From positions 41,069 to 105,068 of the forward strand of contig JBDHUP010000003.1 of assembly GCA_039809245.1 (NCBI GenBank): DNA of 64,000 nucleotides, read 5' to 3'. Positions 57,845-64,000 of this stretch are shown piece after piece (positions within the stretch are counted from its first letter, which is position 1; each line of letters starts with the position of its first letter). A program made the translations under genes and the position numbers. This stretch comes from Minisyncoccia bacterium. GTDB taxonomy: Bacteria > Patescibacteriota > Minisyncoccia > Phycocordibacterales > UBA9973. Under the pieces are notes generated by a model that made no database searches, was not told where the DNA came from, and saw only the letters and a list, made by a program, of their open reading frames with translations.

Positions 57845-58471
57845 TTATGATGATAATACTATAACATCTCCTTCACGACCCATTAAGTCTTTTGCTTTAA
57901 CTGTTAGCTTATCTATAGGCGCGATCTTCTCTTGTCCGGCTTCCTTATTGAAAACTTTTAATGACTTCTCGTCGTACTCCATAGGGATAATAACCTTCGG
58001 TTCAAGTGACACGGCAATCTTGTAAGCTTCTCCTGGAGTCAGTAATTCTTCATTACCAACAGGAACAAATAATATATCTGGTGAACCTATTTGTTCACGA
58101 ACACTTGCACTAAGCTTATTCTCAGAAAGACACCCTAAGAAACAAAGCGATATATTATCAATAGTCATGGAGTATATGGTATTTATATATTTCTTACCAC
58201 CTATTGTGGCTTCGGTCATTATACCTTTTATAAAAATATCTTTTATCTCATAATCCCCTGGTCCATTAACTTCAAATGGAACAGTCTCTCCATGAGCAAC
58301 CATATCAAAGCCATTGTAATCTGGATGGTTAGTAGTAGAAAGAGCAATAGCAGAACCGAAACGAGAAGCTTTAGCGGCAGATTTTGAGTCTTTACTAATA
58401 GGATTAAAAGCAATAACAAGATCTCCTTGCTGAATTTTAAAGAATTGCTTACCGAAATACGTTATGATCAT
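57845..58471 (-). CDS. MBL-fold metallo-hydrolase-like protein (metal ligands degenerate); start corrected to MIITY
   Basis: ITY.G..FFKI, GPGDYEI, DILFVPVG, LEPKVIIPM; TGcTATAAT 6 nt before ATG 58471. Confidence 0.75.
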   Translation of the reverse strand: MIITYFGKQFFKIQQGDLVIAFNPISKDSKSAAKASRFGSAIALSTTNHPDYNGFDMVAHGETVPFEVNGPGDYEIKDIFIKGIMTEATIGGKKYINTIYSMTIDNISLCFLGCLSENKLSASVREQIGSPDILFVPVGNEELLTPGEAYKIAVSLEPKVIIPMEYDEKSLKVFNKEAGQEKIAPIDKLTVKAKDLMGREGDVIVLSS

Positions 58472-58659
58472 AGGATAATTATAGCAAATATAAGCAAACA
58501 AATAAAGGCTCTAGTCCTTGCAATATACTCATATATATAGTATATTTATTAAATTATAAGCCCAGATTGAGATTAACCCTTTTTTATAACTTGGATGCAA
58601 GAATAAATAAGACCCTCGAACTGCGCCGCAATTAGAGCGGTTTTTTTAGTACAAAATTT

Positions 58660-59796
58660 ATGAAAAAAGCAGATAAAGAAGTCGTAGATAGTATTGCCGA
58701 GAATGCCAAACTTGAACTTTCAAGTATTGGTAAAATGCTCGATAAGGCAGAGACTCCTCCACAAGCAGAAATGCTAGTTGAAGGGCCTGTTATATCAATA
58801 CAGAAGTCATCAGTCTACATAGACCTTGCACCATTTGGTACCGGTATTATATATGGCCGTGAATTCATCAACGCAAAAGACATTATAAAGAAGGTTAATA
58901 TCGGCGACGTCGTTAAAGCAAAAGTCGTCTCTACTGATAACGATGAAGGCTATATTGAACTTTCACTCAAAGAAGCTAAGCAAGCTCTTATTTGGAGTGA
59001 AGCTGATAAAGCAATCAAGTCTAAAATTCCACTTGAGCTTACAGTTAAGGAAGCAAACAAAGGTGGTCTTATATTAGAATGGCAAGGTATCCAAGGATTC
59101 CTTCCAGCTTCACAACTTAAAAGTGAGCACTACCCTCGCGTAGAAGATTCTGATAAAGATAAGATTCTTAAAGCTCTTAAAACTCTTGTTGGTAAGCGTA
59201 TCTCTGTTGTTATGATCTCTGCTCTTCCAAAAGAAGGCAAACTTATATTCTCAGAAAAAGATAACAATCCAGAAGAGCGTCAGGAAATTATCGGTAAGTA
59301 TGCAGTTGGTGATGAACTAGAGTGCACAGTTGCTGGAATCGTTGACTTCGGAGTGTTCTTAAAGATTGAAGAAGGTCTAGAAGGTCTTGTTCACATATCT
59401 GAGATTGATTGGGGTCTAGTTGAAGATCCACGTTCAATGTTCAAAGTTGGCGATACAGTGAAAGCAAAGATAATTGAAATCAAAGATGGTAAAATTTCTC
59501 TATCAATCAAAGCATTGAAGGAGAACCCATGGAATGAATTCGAAAATACACTTAAGAAAGGAGATATTATCTCTGGTGTAGTCATCAAGTTCAACAAGCA
59601 TGGGGCTCTTGTATCTATCAAGCAAGGTGTTGCAGGACTCGTCCACAACTCAAGCTTTGGATCTGAGGAGAAGTTAAAGAAAGCACTTGAAATGGGTAAA
59701 ACTTACGATTTCCAAGTTACTCTCTTTGAACCAAAAGATCAGCGTATGACTCTTGTCTACCTAGAAGATGGTAAGAAAGCCGAAGAATCTAAATAA
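58660..59796 (+). CDS. rpsA: 30S ribosomal protein S1 (four S1 domains)
   Basis: NKGGL, GFLPASQL, DFGVF, EGLVHISE, ISLSIK.L..NPW. Confidence 0.93.
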   Translation: MKKADKEVVDSIAENAKLELSSIGKMLDKAETPPQAEMLVEGPVISIQKSSVYIDLAPFGTGIIYGREFINAKDIIKKVNIGDVVKAKVVSTDNDEGYIELSLKEAKQALIWSEADKAIKSKIPLELTVKEANKGGLILEWQGIQGFLPASQLKSEHYPRVEDSDKDKILKALKTLVGKRISVVMISALPKEGKLIFSEKDNNPEERQEIIGKYAVGDELECTVAGIVDFGVFLKIEEGLEGLVHISEIDWGLVEDPRSMFKVGDTVKAKIIEIKDGKISLSIKALKENPWNEFENTLKKGDIISGVVIKFNKHGALVSIKQGVAGLVHNSSFGSEEKLKKALEMGKTYDFQVTLFEPKDQRMTLVYLEDGKKAEESK

Positions 59797-59804
59797 TTCT
59801 CCAC

Positions 59805-59834
59805 TAAAAAATCCCTCACTCGAGGGATTTTTTA
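59805..59834. terminator. Bidirectional terminator
   Basis: taaaaaatccctc-actc-gagggatttttta. Confidence 0.72.
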
Positions 59835-60416
59835 ATTATAAATACTCATTGCTTTGTCTTTGCCACCATCTGCAATGGTGGTAAGGATTTCAGTTATTTG
59901 TTTTGCTTGTTTCTTGAGAGTTTTCAATTCATCTTCTTTAAATGATCCTAATAGGAATTTCAGCACGGCGGCTTCCCCGCTTGGCTTCTTAAGCTTACCA
60001 GTTGGCGTATGCGGTGATACACCGATACGTATACGAACAAATTCTTTTGATTTCACTTTTTTAATTATTGATTCGAGTCCATTATGTCCACCACTTGAGC
60101 GGTTGAAAGAAATTTTCAAACTTCCAACTGGTATATCGAGGTCATCATATATAACTACAAGATTTTTTAATTTCTTTTTATCATCGATCACTTTCATTAC
60201 TGCTTGTCCTGAATTATTCATAAAAGTTTCAGGTAGCATAAAGTCAAATTTCTCTCCATCAACTTCGCCTTTAGTTCGAAGTGATTTTGTTTTCATATCA
60301 TTCTTCCAATCTGCGAAATCATTTGCCTTTGCAATGTACTCTAAAATAATTCGCCCAGCATTGTGGCGAGTTTTTTCATATTCTTTTCCAGGATTTCCAA
60401 GTCCGACGATTAACAT
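59832..60416 (-). CDS. pth: Peptidyl-tRNA hydrolase
   Basis: IVGLGNPG..Y..TRHNAG, P.TFMN.SG, DDLD, SGGHNGL.S. Confidence 0.97.
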   Translation of the reverse strand: MLIVGLGNPGKEYEKTRHNAGRIILEYIAKANDFADWKNDMKTKSLRTKGEVDGEKFDFMLPETFMNNSGQAVMKVIDDKKKLKNLVVIYDDLDIPVGSLKISFNRSSGGHNGLESIIKKVKSKEFVRIRIGVSPHTPTGKLKKPSGEAAVLKFLLGSFKEDELKTLKKQAKQITEILTTIADGGKDKAMSIYN

Positions 60417-60528
60417 ACTGCCAATTATATCATAGTTTTGAGTAAAATTTTTTAATAAAAAATTTTACTAGCAGGACACACAAAATTCTATTCTGTCAAT
60501 GGTATTTGTATGTTAAAATAATGCCTAT

Positions 60529-61149
60529 ATGGAAAACAACACTGAAAAAAATGACAATCAACCTAAAGTCGAGAACGTTCCTGTTTTAAAATCAAAAGCC
60601 CGAAGATACACAGAGAGTGCTTGGGATCTAGTTAAATTCGCAGCAATTGCACTTGCGATAGTTATTCCTGTCAGAATGTTTATAGCTCAACCATTCGTAG
60701 TCAGTGGTGATTCTATGTTCCCTACTTTCCACAACGGTCAGTATCTAATAGTAGATGAAATATCCTACATACTTAAAGGCCCACACCGAGGTGATGTTGT
60801 TATCTTCCGTTATCCGAACGATACAACTCGATTCTTCATCAAGCGTATCATTGGCTTACCAAATGAAAAGATAGATATTAAAAATGGTGTTGTTACTATC
60901 ACTAATGCGGAGAATCCAAAAGGTTTCACTCTTGATGAGCCATACATAGACGAAAAGTTCTCATCTACAGATAGTTATACAACTGGCCCGGATGAATTCT
61001 TTGTTATGGGTGATAATCGTAATCGTAGTTCTGATTCTCGAGTTTGGGGACTACTCCCTCGTAAACTTATGGTTGGAAGAGCTTATTTAAGACTATTACC
61101 ATTTAGCGACATAGGATACCTCCCAGGTGCATATGTCGAAGCAAAATAA
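60529..61149 (+). CDS. lepB: Signal peptidase I
   Basis: SG.SM.PT, RGDVV.F, FIKRIIGLP, FVMGDNR..S.DSR.WG. Confidence 0.96.
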   Translation: MENNTEKNDNQPKVENVPVLKSKARRYTESAWDLVKFAAIALAIVIPVRMFIAQPFVVSGDSMFPTFHNGQYLIVDEISYILKGPHRGDVVIFRYPNDTTRFFIKRIIGLPNEKIDIKNGVVTITNAENPKGFTLDEPYIDEKFSSTDSYTTGPDEFFVMGDNRNRSSDSRVWGLLPRKLMVGRAYLRLLPFSDIGYLPGAYVEAK

Positions 61150-61150
61150 C

Positions 61151-62452
61151 ATGAGTACAGAAAAGAAAAAGAATAATAAGGAACCCATGGCATCAGTAAA
61201 AGGAATGAGGGATATTCTAGACGAGCAATACTACCAATTTCAAGGATTTTTCGAGAAGGCTCAAGAAATCGCAGTTTACTACGGCTTCCGACCAATTGAA
61301 ACTCCAATCCTAGAACATGAAAGTACTTTTACGACAGCAATAGGTGTAGGTACTGATGCAATAGATAAAGAGATGTACACCCTAAAGACAAAGGGCGGCG
61401 ATCATCTAGCGATGCGTCCAGAGAACACTGCTGGTGTTATGCGCTCATATATAGAGAATGGTATGCAATCTCTACCTCAACCTGTAATGATGTACTACTA
61501 CGGTCCTTTCTTCCGCCACGATAAACCACAACGCGGAAGATACCGACAGTTCTACCAGTTCGGACTTGAATCTATCGGAAGCGAGAAGAGTATAATAGAC
61601 GCACTTATTATAAAGACAACTCTTGCAATCCTTGAAGAAGCTGGGGCGACAAACTTATATGTAAATATAAATTCAATCGGTGATAAGGAATGTAGAAATT
61701 CTTATATTAAAGAACTTACTAATTATTATAAGAAGCATCTTTCGAGTCTTCCACCTGTTGATCGTGAACGCCTAAAAACAAATCCGCTTAGAATCCTTGA
61801 TTCAAAAGAAGAGAAAACAATAGAGATCAATGCAGGGGCTCCTGATTCTATATCTTTCCTATGTACTGCATGCAAGAAACACTTCAAGGAAGTCCTAGAA
61901 TACCTAGAGCAAATGGAAGTACCTTATACAATTAACAAGAATCTAGTTCGGGGTCTTTCATATTACACAAGGACCGTATTTGAGATTATAGAAGAAGCAG
62001 GGGGTGAAGAAGGTGCTCCCCTTACAATTGCTGGTGGTGGCCGTTATGACTACCTAGGTAAGCAACTAGGGGCAAAGAAGGAAATCCCAGCTATGGGAGT
62101 CAGTATCGGAGTTGATAGAGTTGTGGAATCGACTTGGTATAAAAAGCTCTGCCCTCGAATACTAAAGAAGCCGAAAATTTACTTCATACAGCTTGGCTTT
62201 GATGCAAAGTTAAAATCTCTTGGAGTTATAGAGATATTAAGAAAAGGTAAAGTTCCTATAGCTCAATCAATCTCTAAAGATAACCTAGGAGTGCAACTTG
62301 CAGTCGCTGAAAAGTTAGGCATGAAGTACGCGATAATATTCGGACAAAAAGAAGCTATGGATAATACTGTAATATTCCGTGATATGAGTAATCGTTCTCA
62401 AGAGACAATAAAGTTACCAAAGCTTCTTGATTATATAAAAGAACTTAAATAG
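61151..62452 (+). CDS. hisS: Histidine--tRNA ligase (start likely MSTEK)
   Basis: KGMRD, RPE.TA, FR.DKPQ.GRYRQFYQ, LVRGL.YYT, GGGRYD. Confidence 0.97.
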   Translation: MSTEKKKNNKEPMASVKGMRDILDEQYYQFQGFFEKAQEIAVYYGFRPIETPILEHESTFTTAIGVGTDAIDKEMYTLKTKGGDHLAMRPENTAGVMRSYIENGMQSLPQPVMMYYYGPFFRHDKPQRGRYRQFYQFGLESIGSEKSIIDALIIKTTLAILEEAGATNLYVNINSIGDKECRNSYIKELTNYYKKHLSSLPPVDRERLKTNPLRILDSKEEKTIEINAGAPDSISFLCTACKKHFKEVLEYLEQMEVPYTINKNLVRGLSYYTRTVFEIIEEAGGEEGAPLTIAGGGRYDYLGKQLGAKKEIPAMGVSIGVDRVVESTWYKKLCPRILKKPKIYFIQLGFDAKLKSLGVIEILRKGKVPIAQSISKDNLGVQLAVAEKLGMKYAIIFGQKEAMDNTVIFRDMSNRSQETIKLPKLLDYIKELK

Positions 62453-62454
62453 TT

Positions 62455-62994
62455 ATGATTAAAATTGTTCAAAATGGCAATCCTGTACTACGCAAAGTAG
62501 CCAAAGAGGTACCACTTTCACATATCACAAAACCAAAAATCCAGAAAGTTATTAATGATATGAAGGCTGCCTTACACTCTCAAGACGATGGTGTGGCTAT
62601 AGCTGCACCACAGATCGGAGAATCCTATAGGATCTTCGTAGTATCAGGTAGAATATTTGAAGACGATTTCATAAGAGGTAAAGCTCCTACTGAAAAAACA
62701 AAGAAAAATCATAAAGATTTAGTGTTTATTAATCCAGTATTCAAAAAAATATCGAAAGATAGAAAGTTGATGGCCGAAGGTTGCCTTTCAGTAAGACCAC
62801 TCTACGGGAAAGTTCGTCGTGCGACTAAGGCGACAATGGAAGCATACAATGAAGAAGGAGAAAAATTTGAAAAACAAGCTTCAGGTTTACTCGCTCATAT
62901 ATTTCAACACGAGACTGATCATCTATACGGTATACTATTCATAGACAAAGCTCGCGATGTACATGAATCTACTTCAGAAGTAGAATACAATTAG
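62455..62994 (+). CDS. def: Peptide deformylase
   Basis: GVAIAAPQIG, EGCLS, QHETDHL.G. Confidence 0.97.
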   Translation: MIKIVQNGNPVLRKVAKEVPLSHITKPKIQKVINDMKAALHSQDDGVAIAAPQIGESYRIFVVSGRIFEDDFIRGKAPTEKTKKNHKDLVFINPVFKKISKDRKLMAEGCLSVRPLYGKVRRATKATMEAYNEEGEKFEKQASGLLAHIFQHETDHLYGILFIDKARDVHESTSEVEYN

Positions 62995-62995
62995 T

Positions 62996-63847
62996 ATGGA
63001 TAAAAAAGAATTAAAATTCGCATTCTTTGGGACCCCAGAAGTTGCCTCAAAAACTTTGGATTTTTTATTTGGGTCTGGATATACACCAAAAGTTATTATT
63101 ACATCACCTGACAGAAGAGCAGGTCGTGGAATGCACTTATTATCAACTCCTGTTAGTTTATGGGCAGATGAACACAAAATTCTATGTCTAAAACCAGAGA
63201 AAATAGATAATGATTTTATTGAGAAATTAAAAGACTTAGGAATTGAGCTTTCGATAGTTGTAGCTTATGGAAAAATTCTACCAGAAGAATTAATAAAATC
63301 ACCAGAACTAGGAACTATTAACATTCATTATTCTCTATTACCAAAATACAGAGGAGCATCCCCACTTGAACAAGCTCTCCTAAACGGCGATTTAATAACT
63401 GGTATAACAATCCAGCAAATGGAATTCAAACTCGATAGTGGAGCAATTATAGCTCAGGAAGAGATTAATATAAATATCGATGATACCAAAGAAGAACTCC
63501 GAGAAAAACTTATCAACCTAGGTGCTGAAAAGTTAGTAGAAGTAATTCCAGATATCCAAAATGGAATAACAAAACCAAAATATCAAGATGAAAATCTTGC
63601 TTCACATTGCTCAAAAATAAAGAAGGAGGATGGAGAAATTGATCCAAGTGGTAATGCAATTACTAACTATAATAAGTACCGAGCATTCTTCGGATGGCCA
63701 GGTGTATTCTTCTTTAAAAACAATAAGAGAGTGAAAATTATAAAAGCTCGATATGAAAACAACTCATTCATAATAGAAAGAGTTGTTCCAGAAGGTAAGA
63801 AAGAGACGTCCTACAAAGAATTTCTAAATTCTAATACTTCGATGTAA
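62996..63847 (+). CDS. fmt: Methionyl-tRNA formyltransferase
   Basis: FFGTP, VVAYG.I, NIHYSLLPKYRGASP, LDSG. Confidence 0.96.
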   Translation: MDKKELKFAFFGTPEVASKTLDFLFGSGYTPKVIITSPDRRAGRGMHLLSTPVSLWADEHKILCLKPEKIDNDFIEKLKDLGIELSIVVAYGKILPEELIKSPELGTINIHYSLLPKYRGASPLEQALLNGDLITGITIQQMEFKLDSGAIIAQEEININIDDTKEELREKLINLGAEKLVEVIPDIQNGITKPKYQDENLASHCSKIKKEDGEIDPSGNAITNYNKYRAFFGWPGVFFFKNNKRVKIIKARYENNSFIIERVVPEGKKETSYKEFLNSNTSM

Positions 63848-64000
63848 AAGGATTCCTTTTTGAAATACCCTTCATCATTTTCTTAACACTTTTTGCTCCC
63901 CTTTTATATAATGTTTGTTTCTTATCTTTATTTTCAGTTATTCTTCTAACTAGTTCATCTTTAGCAGTATCTATAGCGGCATATAAATCAGAAGCAGATG
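63831..64000 (-). CDS. hpf: Ribosome hibernation factor HPF/RaiA, C-terminal part (window edge)
   Basis: My translation: SASDLYAAIDTAKDELVRRITENKDKK...*; DLYAAID is the HPF/sigma54-modulation signature. Confidence 0.78.
   Translation of the reverse strand, partial: SASDLYAAIDTAKDELVRRITENKDKKQTLYKRGAKSVKKMMKGISKRNPFTSKY

Noticed and set aside
313-63177. Numerous antisense and shadow ORFs in the track (e.g. 313-837, 4633-5244, 19080-19562, 43800-44249, 59854-60435)
   Set aside because: They lie opposite or inside well-supported genes and show no recognisable motifs.
1-64000. Alternative genetic code (UGA=Gly, as in Gracilibacteria/SR1)
   Set aside because: Conserved genes translate full-length under the standard code with no UGA interruptions.

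Overview
AT-rich bacterial chromosome segment read with the standard code. The gene content (PaaX/Cas2-like regulator, arrays of TrbC/VirB2-like pilins, FtsA-like plus baseplate-J-like pair, sigma4/HARE-HTH protein, short AlaRS) points to a Patescibacteria (CPR)/Parcubacteria genome; this is an inference. Most of the window is housekeeping: dnaK-dnaJ, grpE, the infA-rpmJ-rpsM-rpsK-rpsD-rpoA-rplQ-rplM-rpsI cluster, alaS, mnmA, mltG, typA, rseP, frr, mreB, priA, ftsA-ftsZ, trxB, gyrA, rpsA, pth, lepB, hisS, def, fmt, plus tRNA-Val(GAC) and tRNA-Glu(TTC). The first 13 kb are accessory and hold the best candidates for new biology. (1) A tightly coupled five-gene operon (nitroreductase, Rv1355c-type ThiF adenylyltransferase, Leu/Phe dehydrogenase, PaaK-like adenylate-forming ligase, 7TM histidine kinase) that looks like a cassette for making and sensing a small molecule. 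It is related to acyl-oxazolone pathways but lacks their N-acyltransferase. (2) An arginine decarboxylase / agmatinase / deoxyhypusine-synthase-like polyamine pathway. (3) Between the polyamine genes, a nucleotide kinase + MoaA-like radical SAM + CYTH module. Other signals: many apparently leaderless genes, an unannotated 46-aa prepilin-like ORF, a five-gene pilin array, and an antisense copy of the tRNA-Val T-arm in its own 3' trailer. No CRISPR array, transposase or integrase was seen. All family assignments come from motif recognition by eye, not database searches.
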